A program made the position numbers and the translations under genes. The notes under the pieces were generated by a model. That model worked only from the letters and a program-made list of their open reading frames with translations. It was not told the origin of the DNA and searched no databases. DNA of 64,000 nucleotides from Dehalococcoidia bacterium (GTDB lineage Bacteria > Chloroflexota > Dehalococcoidia > Lucifugimonadales > UBA2985). Positions 36,049 through 47,495 of this stretch are shown piece after piece (within the stretch, counting starts at the first letter, position 1; every line of letters begins with the position of its first letter). Location: contig DAOUJW010000020.1 of the NCBI GenBank assembly GCA_034422115.1, forward strand, positions 41,352 through 105,351, given 5' to 3'.

Positions 36049-36405
36049 TGGCAGGCTCTCCGGAAGGGTATATTGGCAGACATTGAAGCAATGGTAGCTT
36101 TCAGACTACGGCTGGTCAACAGCCCGCCTTCTCTGTAGATCCTGGAATTGGCGAATGACACCGCTCATCCTGAGCTTGTCGAAGGAAATGAGCGGTGTCA
36201 CCAAGGCCAAAAGCGCCCGCTCAAATGGTTCGACAGGCTCACCATGAGCGGGCAAAAAGTGTAGTTGCAACCAGCGTTGACATGACCAGCGCGTGTTGAG
36301 ATACCCAACAGCCCGCCGCGTTGGTCTGGGCTATAATGTCGTCAGCAGCCAGCGACAATCCCCCTAAAGGAGACCGCCACGAGACCCACATCCCTACAAG
36401 CGGCC

Positions 36406-37092
36406 ATGATTGCAGCGCTGACCGTAATGGCAGTATCCACATACATCGCGCTGACGGTCGACTACTACGGCTGGGAGCTTGAGTTCAGCCTTTGGCTGCA
36501 GACGTTCAGCCTCGGCCCGCTGGACCTTCTCCGCAATGGGATGTCCTTTGTGGGCGCAAGGGTGGTCGCGGGCGCGACGCTGCTGGCAGTGTGCGCCGTT
36601 CTCTGGGCCCGGGGCTGGCGGCTGGAGGCCGTGTTCGTGGCGCTGGTCGCTGTGCCGGACGCGGTGAACGTACTGCTCAAGGAGCTGATCGCTCGCCCCC
36701 GGCCCACGGCTGACCTGGTGGAGGTGGCCGTTGGCTTTGGCGGCATACAGGGGTACGGCTTTCCCAGCGGCCACGCGCTCCACGCCGTCCTGTTCTACGG
36801 GTTCCTTCTGTACCTGGCGCGCCTGCACGTCTCCAACCCGACCCTCTTGAGGACCGCCTTTGCGCTGGGACTAGCGTACATCCTGGTCACCGGCTCGTGG
36901 CTCATCTACGACGGCCGCCACTGGCTGGTGGACGTGATAGGAGGCAACGCTTACGGCGCGTTCTACCTGACGGCGCTAGTGGCTGTGTACAAACAAGCGC
37001 TGACGCGAGCGCGTCAGCGCAAGTGGTCGCGGCTGGCGGGATTGGTGCATCCTTCATTGAAGGGCGAAGAAGAGGAATCTCAAGCAACCTAG
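36406..37092 (+). CDS. PAP2-family phosphatase
   Basis: KELIARPRP, FPSGHA, IYDGRHW. Confidence 0.88.
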   Translation: MIAALTVMAVSTYIALTVDYYGWELEFSLWLQTFSLGPLDLLRNGMSFVGARVVAGATLLAVCAVLWARGWRLEAVFVALVAVPDAVNVLLKELIARPRPTADLVEVAVGFGGIQGYGFPSGHALHAVLFYGFLLYLARLHVSNPTLLRTAFALGLAYILVTGSWLIYDGRHWLVDVIGGNAYGAFYLTALVAVYKQALTRARQRKWSRLAGLVHPSLKGEEEESQAT

Positions 37093-38510
37093 CTGCTTTG
37101 AAGCTTCCGGCTACGCGATGACTTGCGATTGTAAGCTTCCAAGAGGACGTCGTAACATGGCTTTAGCTTGTCTGCCACTTCCTTAACCCGCTCGGAAATG
37201 TTTGTCCCCTCTTTCTCCAGTTCGAGCCAATTCCACTCATAGGCAAGTCCTAAGACACCCCAGGCACTCTTCACATCCTTGTTGACTACTTTAGCAGTTG
37301 CCACTTTCTCTTTTGTAGCTTCTGAGTTGAGTAGATGTCCCAGAGAATCAAACACCTGACTAACCGAATGTCGTAAGTGTTCTTTGCTCTTGCATAGCTC
37401 CAGAGGAAGAACGGTGAACCCCTTCCAAACTGCTGCGTTTTTGCCTCTCCCACCAGAGACGATGTGGAGCTTCTCACTAACACCGAGCGTCAATCCCGGA
37501 AGACTATACGCCTGAGACTCCCACAAAGTATCCGTCAAATTGCATTCCAGCCACTCCCGTTGTTTTGTCAATTTCTCAGCCAGTCTCTTGCTCTCGCACT
37601 GAATGTAAAGCCTCAAGGACTTACCATCTTGGAATAGGCCACAAGACCAGTGGGGCATCTGATCTGCGTTGCTATTTTTAACACTATCCAGTAAGACATT
37701 GCCCCCTAGATATCCACGAGAGCGTCTTATCTGAGCCCATTGGTGGCCTTCCAAACTTTCTGCCAACTCTTCTCCAAGTCGTTTGACTCGTTCGTTCAGA
37801 ATTCCTATTTCATCCATATCGGTATATCGTTCCCAAGTCAAGAAATCATCCTGCGTGAACTTCACTTCGCCCATGCCGTTGACCTCTAAATAATCCAAGA
37901 ATTGGTAGACTACGAATCGCGACTCGGAGCTTAGGACGGGTTGTTCATCAACAAAACGACTCAACCAATTGAACACATCGTGCCACGACAGCAACACTAC
38001 AGGGATTTGTCTACGCTTTGCTGTAGCTTGCTTTTGCTGTGATGGGTAGACGGGCTCATATTCTGTTCCAAGATTCACCCTAATGTGCCGTCGGATTTGA
38101 GCGTCATCCAATCTGCCATCTAGTTTGTTCTCAAACAATACGACAGCGTTGTCAGACGTTATCCAGGCATCCGGCTTGCTACCTCCAGAATTCTCAGCGT
38201 TGGGGCTCTGGCTACCTTCGGGCTCTTGGGGACGCCTTGCAACGGCAATTAGCCGTTTGTCTCGCGGTAATCTGCGACCCCCATCGACTTCTTCGTCTGG
38301 GTCAAGTCGACTTTGAAGGTCATGCTTATATGGTCCTTGGGTATCGATCCCTGTGAACTCCTTAATGAACTTCCGAGTCAGAGAGTCACAAGAGCGCAGG
38401 GTAATGAGCAAGGCCCTCGTAAGATTGTCCTCCAAGACCTGTTCATGCTCCGCGTCCGCCGTACTTCCGTGACGGTAGGCGTGGAAGATGTTGAGGTGTT
38501 TATCCGCCAC
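37089..38510 (-). CDS. PD-(D/E)XK-superfamily nuclease-like protein, AT-rich
   Basis: KPDAWI...VLFENKL...QIRRH motif in the N-terminal half; markedly AT-richer than its neighbours. Confidence 0.75.
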   Translation of the reverse strand: MADKHLNIFHAYRHGSTADAEHEQVLEDNLTRALLITLRSCDSLTRKFIKEFTGIDTQGPYKHDLQSRLDPDEEVDGGRRLPRDKRLIAVARRPQEPEGSQSPNAENSGGSKPDAWITSDNAVVLFENKLDGRLDDAQIRRHIRVNLGTEYEPVYPSQQKQATAKRRQIPVVLLSWHDVFNWLSRFVDEQPVLSSESRFVVYQFLDYLEVNGMGEVKFTQDDFLTWERYTDMDEIGILNERVKRLGEELAESLEGHQWAQIRRSRGYLGGNVLLDSVKNSNADQMPHWSCGLFQDGKSLRLYIQCESKRLAEKLTKQREWLECNLTDTLWESQAYSLPGLTLGVSEKLHIVSGGRGKNAAVWKGFTVLPLELCKSKEHLRHSVSQVFDSLGHLLNSEATKEKVATAKVVNKDVKSAWGVLGLAYEWNWLELEKEGTNISERVKEVADKLKPCYDVLLEAYNRKSSRSRKLQSS

Positions 38511-38522
38511 GTCTCCTAAGCC

Positions 38523-39020
38523 TCAGAAAGCCGCGCGCTCCGTGGCTCCGCCTCCGCCCTCGGCGGCGCTCTTCCTGTGCCGCTTGATGCCCTCCTCCAG
38601 GGCCGCCCAGGACAGCATTGCGCACTTGATGCGTATGGGGAACTTCTTGACGCCCGCCAGGGACTCCACCTCGCCCATCGCTTCAAGCTCCTCGTCGGAG
38701 GGGTCTTTGCCCTGCATCATATCGCGGAAGAGCAGGTATATGCCCTCCGCCTCGTCCAGGCTCTTGCCCTTGATGGCCTCCGTGAGCATGGAGGCGGACG
38801 CCTGGCTGATTGAGCACCCAACTCCCCGGAAGCTGACGCCGTTCACCAGGCCATCGGCGAGCTTCATCTTGAGGTAGACCTCATCTCCGCAGAAGGGGTT
38901 GATGCCCTCCGTCTCGATGTCAACCTCTTCAAGCTCCTGCTGGTTCCTGGGGCTGCGGTAGTGGTCAAGGATGATCTCGCGGTAGAGATCGTCCATGTCT
39001 GAGAAGTCAAAGTTCTGCAT
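38523..39020 (-). CDS. sufU: SUF system Fe-S assembly protein SufU
   Basis: IILDHYRSPRN, NPFCGD, GCSISQAS, RIKCAML. Confidence 0.95.
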   Translation of the reverse strand: MQNFDFSDMDDLYREIILDHYRSPRNQQELEEVDIETEGINPFCGDEVYLKMKLADGLVNGVSFRGVGCSISQASASMLTEAIKGKSLDEAEGIYLLFRDMMQGKDPSDEELEAMGEVESLAGVKKFPIRIKCAMLSWAALEEGIKRHRKSAAEGGGGATERAAF

Positions 39021-39023
39021 GGG

Positions 39024-40268
39024 CTAGGTCCTGGTCGGCGTCTTGGAGAAGAACCGCAGGGTCGCTTTGACGGCGGACACCAGCAGGTCCACCTCCTCCT
39101 CGGTGTTGTAGACGTAGAAGCTGGCCCTGGCCGTCGCCGGCACGGCAAGCTTGCCCATCAAGGGCATGGCGCAGTGATGTCCCGTCCTGATGGCAATGCC
39201 CTCCTGGTCAAGCATGGTGCCTATGTCGTGGGGGTGCACGTAGTCGCAGTGGAAGGAGACAATCCCGCCCCTCTGGGCCATGTCCCTGGGGCCGAAGACC
39301 TTGATCTCCTCCTCAAGCTCCTTGAAGGCGTTGAGGGCGTACTCCGTAATGGCAATCTCGTGCTCCCGCACGTTGTCCATGCCAAGGGCGTTCAGGTAGT
39401 CGATGGCCGCGCCCATAGCAATGGTGTCCGCGATGTTGGGCGTGCCTGCTTCGAAGCGAAGTGGCAGGTCGTTCCAGGTGGCGCGGTCGTCCCACACCTG
39501 GCGCACCATCTCGCCGCCCCGGAGGAACGGCTCCATGTCCTCGATGACCTCCTCCTTGACGTACAGCACGCCGATGCCCGTAGGCCCCAGCATCTTGTGG
39601 CCGGAGAAGGCCAGGAAGTCGCAGTCCAGGTCTTTCACGTCCACCTTCAGGTGCGGCACGCTTTGAGCGCCGTCTATCAGGACCTTGGCCCCCACGCGGT
39701 GGGCCGCCTCCGTCAGCTCCTTGACCGGGTTAATGGTTCCCAGGACGTTGGACATGTGGTTCAGCGTCAGCAGCCTGGTGCGCTCCGTCAGCAGGCTGTC
39801 CAGGTTTGAGAGGTCGGTGGTCTGCTCCGAGGTCAGGGGCATGAACCGCAGCGTTGCGCCCTGCTCCTGGGCCACCTTCTGCCAGGGCACAAGGTTGCTG
39901 TGATGCTCCATCTCCGAGATTAGAATCTCGTCCCCGGGGCCGATGTTGCTGCGCGCCCAGGTCTGGGCCACCAGGTTGATGGCCTCCGTGGTGTTCCTCA
40001 CCAGCACAACGCCCGTTGTAGAGGGGCTGCCGATGAAGTCGGCGCACTTCTGGCGCGCCTCCTCGTACTTGTCGGTGGCCTCCATGCTCAGGGCGTGGAC
40101 GCCCCGGTGGATGTTGGAGTTGTACCGCTCGTAGAACTCAACCAGCGCCTGGATGACCTGCGCCGGCTTCTGGGAGGTGGCGGCGTTGTCCAGGTACACC
40201 AGGGGCTTGCCGTACACCTCTCTGGAGAGTATCGGGAAGTCCTTGCGGATTGCTGTCGTGTCTAGCAT
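39024..40268 (-). CDS. sufS: Cysteine desulfurase SufS
   Basis: YLDNAATSQKP, FSGHKMLGPTG, RTGHHCA. Confidence 0.97.
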   Translation of the reverse strand: MLDTTAIRKDFPILSREVYGKPLVYLDNAATSQKPAQVIQALVEFYERYNSNIHRGVHALSMEATDKYEEARQKCADFIGSPSTTGVVLVRNTTEAINLVAQTWARSNIGPGDEILISEMEHHSNLVPWQKVAQEQGATLRFMPLTSEQTTDLSNLDSLLTERTRLLTLNHMSNVLGTINPVKELTEAAHRVGAKVLIDGAQSVPHLKVDVKDLDCDFLAFSGHKMLGPTGIGVLYVKEEVIEDMEPFLRGGEMVRQVWDDRATWNDLPLRFEAGTPNIADTIAMGAAIDYLNALGMDNVREHEIAITEYALNAFKELEEEIKVFGPRDMAQRGGIVSFHCDYVHPHDIGTMLDQEGIAIRTGHHCAMPLMGKLAVPATARASFYVYNTEEEVDLLVSAVKATLRFFSKTPTRT

Positions 40269-40573
40269 GGTGTCCTCACCGTTTAAGCGCCTTCTCCGTC
40301 ATTCCTGCGGAAGCAGGAATCTAGAGATCCTTGTGGAGGCCGTACGGGATCGATGGAAGCGCGAGAGCTTCGGCCCCGCTCATCCTGAGCTTGTCGAAGG
40401 AAATGAGCGGGGGTGAATTTGCTCATGGTCTTCCCGCTCATATGGTTCGACAGGCTCACCATGAGCGGGAAAGCGGCGGCCAATCCTGTGTCCTCTAGTT
40501 TCATGGTTATGACAAGAGTATAGAGCTACTTGGCTGGTTATGTAAGAGCCTCCTTGCAGAATGCGACGTGTGG

Positions 40574-41911
40574 CTACTCTCCCAGCCATTCGCGGAGGGT
40601 GTCCTGCACCAGGGTGTCGATTTGCGACCGGAAGACGTCGTTGCCTATGCTCTCGATGACCTCGCTGAGGAAGGCCCTGGTCAGCAGGCTTTTGGCGGCC
40701 TGCTCGTCGATGCCCCGGCTCCTGAGGTAGAACAGGGCGATCGGGTCCATCTGGCCGCAGGCCGCGCCGTGGCCGCACTTCACGTCGTCGCAGTATATCC
40801 AGAAGGCGGGCTTGGTGTCGGCCTCCGCCTGGTCGGAGAGAATGAGGTTCTTGTCCACCTGGTTGGCATTGACCTTCACAGCGCCCTCTCGCACGATGAT
40901 GCTGCCGTGAAACACCGACCTCGACCTGCCGTCAAGGATGCCCTTGTACAGCTCGCGGCTGGTCGTATAGGGCTTGGCGTGGTCAATGATGACCTGGTTG
41001 TCCACGTGCTGGGAGCCGGTGACCATGTAGAAGCCGTCCAGCGTGCAGGAGCAGTCCTGGTCCAGGGTGAGCAGGTTCAGGTTGTTGCGGGTGAGCCTGC
41101 CGCCCATGTCAATGTTCACGGAGGCAAAATGGCTGTCCCGCTCCAGGGCCGCGTGGGTGTTGGTGACGTGGTACGCTTGCTCGCTCTGCCTCTGCACCTT
41201 GTAGTAGTCCACCTTTGCGCCCGCGCCCACCAGAATCTCGCTCACCGCGTTGGTGAAGTGCTGGCCTTCGGCGAGGCTCTTGTACGACTCGATGAAGGTG
41301 GCCTTGCTGTCCTGGCCGGTGACAATTAACACGCGCGGGTGGGCAACGGTCTCCTGGTTCTCCGACGTGGACAGGAAGAGCAGCCGTATGGGGTCATCGA
41401 CCTCGACGCCTTTTGGGACGAGCACGAACGCGCCCTCGTGGACGAAGGCCGTGTTGAGGGCGGTGAAGGCGTTGTCCTCGTAGTCTGCGTAGCGCGCCAG
41501 GTGCTGTTGCACGATGTCCGGCGCCGACTGCATGGCCTCAGCGAGGTTTGTCGCGGTCACGCCGTCAGGAAGAGAGGACAGGGAGGACAGCCCACCGTCG
41601 TACCTTCCGTTGACAAAGACCAGCAGCGGCCAGCCAGTCTCACCGAAGGCCGCCTCCTCAACGTCTGCCGTGCTAAGCTGAGGAGTAGAGGTCGCGGACT
41701 GGACGGGGACTCTGGCCACGGGGCCAATGTCGGTGTACTTCCACTCCTCGTTGCCGCGGCGGGCGGTGGGGAAGCCAAGCTCCTTGAACCTGGACAGGGC
41801 CGCCTTGCGCAGCTCCCGCGCCCATGACGGGTCGCGGCCCGCGCCGTTCCGCTCGAAGGACTCGGAGGCTGCCAGGTACGCTTCTTCTTGGGTTGCCAGG
41901 CGCTGGGTCAT
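40574..41911 (-). CDS. sufD: Fe-S cluster assembly protein SufD
   Basis: EEWKYTDI, ALNTAF, DDVKCGHGA, FYLRSRGI. Confidence 0.95.
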   Translation of the reverse strand: MTQRLATQEEAYLAASESFERNGAGRDPSWARELRKAALSRFKELGFPTARRGNEEWKYTDIGPVARVPVQSATSTPQLSTADVEEAAFGETGWPLLVFVNGRYDGGLSSLSSLPDGVTATNLAEAMQSAPDIVQQHLARYADYEDNAFTALNTAFVHEGAFVLVPKGVEVDDPIRLLFLSTSENQETVAHPRVLIVTGQDSKATFIESYKSLAEGQHFTNAVSEILVGAGAKVDYYKVQRQSEQAYHVTNTHAALERDSHFASVNIDMGGRLTRNNLNLLTLDQDCSCTLDGFYMVTGSQHVDNQVIIDHAKPYTTSRELYKGILDGRSRSVFHGSIIVREGAVKVNANQVDKNLILSDQAEADTKPAFWIYCDDVKCGHGAACGQMDPIALFYLRSRGIDEQAAKSLLTRAFLSEVIESIGNDVFRSQIDTLVQDTLREWLGE

Positions 41912-41915
41912 GGGT

Positions 41916-42683
41916 CTAGTTCGAGGACTGGAGGGCCTCTGCGGCCTTCTCGAGTTGGTCGTAGCCTTGGGACTCTACCTCCAGGGCAAGCTCCTTGCCG
42001 CCGGACTTCACAATCCGGCCGTTGATCAGCACGTGCACCTGGTCGGGGATAACGTAGTTGAGGATTCGCTGGTAGTGGGTCACCAGGATGAGGGCGTTGT
42101 CCGGCGTCCTGAGCTGGTTGATGCCGTCTGCGACGATTCGCAGGGCGTCCACGTCCAGCCCGGAGTCGGGTTCGTCAAGGATGGAGAGCTTGGGCTCGAA
42201 CACGGCCATCTGAAGCACCTCGTTGCGCTTCTTCTCGCCGCCGGAGAAGCCCTCGTTGACGGAGCGCTTGGTGAGGTTTCGGTCCATCTCCACAATGTCA
42301 ACCTTGCCGTTGAGCATCCTGTCGAACTTGAGGACGTCCATCTCCTCAAGCCCCTTGCTCTTCTGAATGGCGTTGTATCCGGCCCGCATGAAGTGGTCCA
42401 GGCGCACGCCGGGCACCTCAATGGGGTGCTGGAAGCAGAGGAAGAGGCCCGCCCTTGCCCGGTTCTCCGGCAGCATACCCAGGAGGTCTTCCCCCTCAAA
42501 GGTTGCCTCGCCGGAGGTGACGGCGTAGGACGGGTGACCGGCCAGCACATTCGCGAGGGTGCTCTTACCGGAGCCGTTGGGGCCCATGATGGCGTGAACC
42601 TCTCCCGCCTTTACGTGGAGGTTTACGCCCTTCAGAATATCGGCATCGCCTATGGAGGCGTGCAGGTCTCTAATCTCAAGCAT
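41916..42683 (-). CDS. sufC: Fe-S cluster assembly ATPase SufC
   Basis: GPNGSGKSTL, GFSGGEKKRNE, LDEPDSGLD. Confidence 0.97.
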   Translation of the reverse strand: MLEIRDLHASIGDADILKGVNLHVKAGEVHAIMGPNGSGKSTLANVLAGHPSYAVTSGEATFEGEDLLGMLPENRARAGLFLCFQHPIEVPGVRLDHFMRAGYNAIQKSKGLEEMDVLKFDRMLNGKVDIVEMDRNLTKRSVNEGFSGGEKKRNEVLQMAVFEPKLSILDEPDSGLDVDALRIVADGINQLRTPDNALILVTHYQRILNYVIPDQVHVLINGRIVKSGGKELALEVESQGYDQLEKAAEALQSSN

Positions 42684-42701
42684 CGATCATCCCTTTCTCG
42701 A

Positions 42702-44159
<1,458 letters not shown>

Positions 44160-44240
44160 AGGTACTCTCTCCTTGCTCTCCGGGTATCTGTCCCAGAGAC
44201 GACAAATATGGCAGCCGCTCGCCGCCGACACCTATTGTTA

Positions 44241-44278
44241 ATTATAGCACAATATTGTTGACCAACTAGGTCAACAAT
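44241..44278 (-). promoter_or_regulatory. suf promoter (extended -10) and 25-bp palindromic operator
   Basis: TGCTATAAT on the minus strand (44241-44249); ATTGTTGACC-AACTA-GGTCAACAAT perfect 10-5-10 inverted repeat (44254-44278). Confidence 0.7.
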
Positions 44279-44469
44279 TAGCGTAGCACCCTACATTTTG
44301 GTCGTCAAGGGGGTTTTGCGGTGGGGCTGTCTCAGTCTCAGCGGGAAGCACCAGTCTCGGCAGTCCGGGATGGGCCTGGAATTACGTCGAAATCCGAAAA
44401 GATTTACATTGACTTGCCGGACGGCCCGGTGCTATATTCACTCAAACGCAATGGCCGAGGTGATTATTC

Positions 44470-45612
44470 GTGGAAGTGCCTCGCTTTAAGGAGCTCAGGA
44501 GAGCTTACGGATTCGACGAAGTGGCCATTGTCCCCGGGGACGTGACCGTCAACCCGGACCAGACCAACATCGACTTCACCATCGCCAACTACACCTTCCC
44601 GATCCCCTTCCTGGCCTCATCCCTGGACGCAGTTGTCTCGCCCCAGTTCGCCGTATGCCTTGGGCAGATGGGCGGCCTTGGCGTCCTGAACCTGGAGGGC
44701 ATATACACCCGCTACGACGACCCCGCTGCCGTCATCCAGCACATCATAGAAGCGCCTCAGGAGGAGTCCACGCCCCTGCTCCAGAAGATATACTCCGCCC
44801 CGATACGGGAGGACCTGGTAGGGCAGAGGATACAGGAGGTCAAGGAGGGCGGCGTGACCTGCGCCGTATCCCTCACACCGGCCAACACCAAGCGCCTTGC
44901 GCCCGTCGTCGTCGACGCCGGCGCGGACATCCTGTTCATCCAGTCCACGGTCACCACGGCCCGTCACATCTCCAAGAGCGAACAGGGCCTCATCCTGTCC
45001 GACGTTTGCCAGCAAGTCCGCATCCCGGTTGTGGTGGGGAACTGCGTCAGCTACGGAGCGACCCTGGAGCTTATGGAGACGGGAGTCGATGCCGTCCTGG
45101 TGGGCGTTGGGCCCGGGGCCATCTGCACCACGCGGGAGGTGGAGGGCATCGGCGTGCCGCAGGTCACGGCCACCATGGACTGCGCCGCGGCCCGCGAGGA
45201 GTACTTCAGGCGGGAGGGGCGTTACGTTTCGCTGATTACCGACGGCGGTATGCGCACCGGCGGCGACATATGCAAGGCCTTCGCCAGCGGCGCGGACGCC
45301 GTGATGCTGGGCACCACCTTCGCCCAGGCGGAGGAGGCTCCGGGCATGGGCTACAACTGGGGCATGGCCAGCTTCCACCCCGCCCTCCCCAGGGGCACGC
45401 GGATAAACGTTGGCAACAAGGGGCCGCTCCACCAGATACTATTCGGCCCAACCTCCGTGACCGACGGCACCCAGAACCTGGAGGGCGCGCTGAGGGCGGC
45501 TATGGGTATGTGCGGCGCATTCAGCATACCGGACATGCAGCAGGTGGAGATGGTTGTGGCTCCGGCAATCAAGACGGAAGGCAAGTACTTCCAGCTGGCC
45601 GGTCGTTGGTAG
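44470..45612 (+). CDS. IMP dehydrogenase family protein (GuaB3-type, no CBS domains)
   Basis: [35 protein letters not shown]. Confidence 0.92.
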   Translation: MEVPRFKELRRAYGFDEVAIVPGDVTVNPDQTNIDFTIANYTFPIPFLASSLDAVVSPQFAVCLGQMGGLGVLNLEGIYTRYDDPAAVIQHIIEAPQEESTPLLQKIYSAPIREDLVGQRIQEVKEGGVTCAVSLTPANTKRLAPVVVDAGADILFIQSTVTTARHISKSEQGLILSDVCQQVRIPVVVGNCVSYGATLELMETGVDAVLVGVGPGAICTTREVEGIGVPQVTATMDCAAAREEYFRREGRYVSLITDGGMRTGGDICKAFASGADAVMLGTTFAQAEEAPGMGYNWGMASFHPALPRGTRINVGNKGPLHQILFGPTSVTDGTQNLEGALRAAMGMCGAFSIPDMQQVEMVVAPAIKTEGKYFQLAGRW

Positions 45613-45790
45613 GCTGTCCTCCGCACCTCCTGATCAGTCAATCTGTCTCATCGAGGTACTCTCTCTCCCCGCTCATGGTGAGCCTGTCGAACCATTTGAG
45701 CGGGGGTGACTCTAAAGGCTCCGCTCATGCCCTTCGACAAGCTCAGGATGAGCGGAATTCAACTCCCCACTCTGACAGGCCGATACCTGA

Positions 45791-47062
45791 ATGAACAGGA
45801 TATTCTACGGCTGGTGGATTGTATTTGCGTGCTGGGCCGTTACCCTCTACGGCGGCGGGGCCTTCTTCTTCGGGTTCAGCGCATTCTTCAAACCCATAAG
45901 CGAGGAGTTCGGCTGGTCGCGCGCCCTCACCGCCGGGGCCATATCCCTGTCACAGGCCGAGGGCTTTATAGAGGGGCCGATCGTCGGGCCGCTGGTCGAC
46001 AGGTTCGGTCCCAGGAAGCTGATGCTTTTCGGCGTGACCCTTGCCAGCATAGGCTTCCTGGCCCTGAGCATCACCAACGGCCTGCTGATGTTCTACCTGG
46101 TGTACGTGCTGCTACTGGCCATCGGCTTCAACACAGGGTTCTTCGTGGCCGCGCAGGCTGCCGTAGCCAACTGGTTCATACGAAAGAGGTCCAGGGCGCT
46201 GGGGCTGCTCAGCACGGCCAACGGCTTTGGGGGAGCGATAATGGCCCCGCTCATAGCCGCGCTGATTCTGGCCTTCGGCTGGAGGGTGGCGGCGCTGTAC
46301 CTGGGAATTGGCCTGTTCGCCATCGGCATTCCCTTGGCCATGATTGTACGGCACCGACCGGAGAACTACGGCTATCTGCCCGACAACGCCAAGTCCCAGG
46401 ACGAGCTTATCGTGACGCGCGTTGAGGGGTCGAGCGCGCCGGCAGGGGAGCTGGACTTCACCATCTGGGAGGCCCTGCGGACGCCGGTGTTCTGGATGCT
46501 GGCCGTGGCCTTTGGCCTGCGTACAATGGCGATATCCGCCACGGTGGTCCACCAGATACCCTTTCTCACGGACGCCGGAATATCTGAGCAGGCGGCCGCG
46601 GGCGTCCTGGCGTTGATGGGGCTGATGAGCATACCGGGGAGAATTGGCTTCGGCGTTCTGGGCGACTACTTCAACAAGCGGTACCTGCTGGCCATTGCCT
46701 ACGCGTTCCAGGCGGCGGGCATACTGATCCTGCTCACAGCGGACAGCCTTTCGCAGGTGTTCCTCTTCACCGTGGTCTTCGGGCTGGGCTGGGGCGCGCC
46801 CAATCTCCTCTTTGCCATGAGGGCGGACTACTTTGGCCGCAAGTACTTTGCCACCATCGCAGGCGTGGAGCAGTCGATTGTGGCCATAGGCACGGTCATA
46901 GGGCCGGTGTACGCCGGCATTGTGTACGACATGAATCAGAGCTACCAGATTGCCTTTGTCACCTTTGTCCTCACCATCGCGCTGGGCGCGGTGATATGCT
47001 TCTTCTCGTATCCGCCGAAGCCCCCGGAGCGGTTGCGCCACCTCCAGCAGCAGGGGGCGTAG
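45791..47062 (+). CDS. MFS transporter
   Basis: IFYGWWIV, DRFGPR, NWFIRKRSRA, DYFGRK. Confidence 0.92.
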   Translation: MNRIFYGWWIVFACWAVTLYGGGAFFFGFSAFFKPISEEFGWSRALTAGAISLSQAEGFIEGPIVGPLVDRFGPRKLMLFGVTLASIGFLALSITNGLLMFYLVYVLLLAIGFNTGFFVAAQAAVANWFIRKRSRALGLLSTANGFGGAIMAPLIAALILAFGWRVAALYLGIGLFAIGIPLAMIVRHRPENYGYLPDNAKSQDELIVTRVEGSSAPAGELDFTIWEALRTPVFWMLAVAFGLRTMAISATVVHQIPFLTDAGISEQAAAGVLALMGLMSIPGRIGFGVLGDYFNKRYLLAIAYAFQAAGILILLTADSLSQVFLFTVVFGLGWGAPNLLFAMRADYFGRKYFATIAGVEQSIVAIGTVIGPVYAGIVYDMNQSYQIAFVTFVLTIALGAVICFFSYPPKPPERLRHLQQQGA

Positions 47063-47416
47063 TCTACGTAGGAGCAGAAACGGACGCCCCGCCCCTGGAT
47101 GCCTGCCTACGCAGGCATGGTCAGGATGCTCGTCGCTCATGGGCCCTGACCATTCCTGCGAAACCTGCCCCGCACTTGATGCGGGGTCAGGAATCCAGGG
47201 ACGCCGACAAAAACACAGCGATGTGGGTATTTTCGGGGCGTGTTGGTATTACCAACGCTGGTCGTAATACCACACCTTTCCCGCTCATGGTGAGCTTGTC
47301 GAACCAGAGCGGGAAGTTGGCGGGCGTAGTATCACCCGCTCACCCTTCGACATGCTCAGGATGAGCGGGTGTGTCCGCTAACGCTAGCACGCACCTGAAA
47401 ACCCCGATTCCCCCTG

Positions 47417-47445
47417 TTGACAGCAATATCCTCCTCGTTTAGAAT
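47417..47445 (+). promoter_or_regulatory. sigma70 promoter of argF-der-plsY-gpsA
   Basis: TTGACA-17-TAGAAT. Confidence 0.7.
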
Positions 47446-47495
47446 CCCTCTTTCTTCTGATATACTAATCCCACGAAGAGCGAGGACTGAACCCA

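Noticed and set aside
40283-40504. Short ORFs spanning REP clusters (also 18424-18630, 29367-29624, 52932-53132)
   Set aside because: Their translations are REP-derived strings (LMVSLSNH, LRQAQDER, DSCFRRND), not genuine genes.
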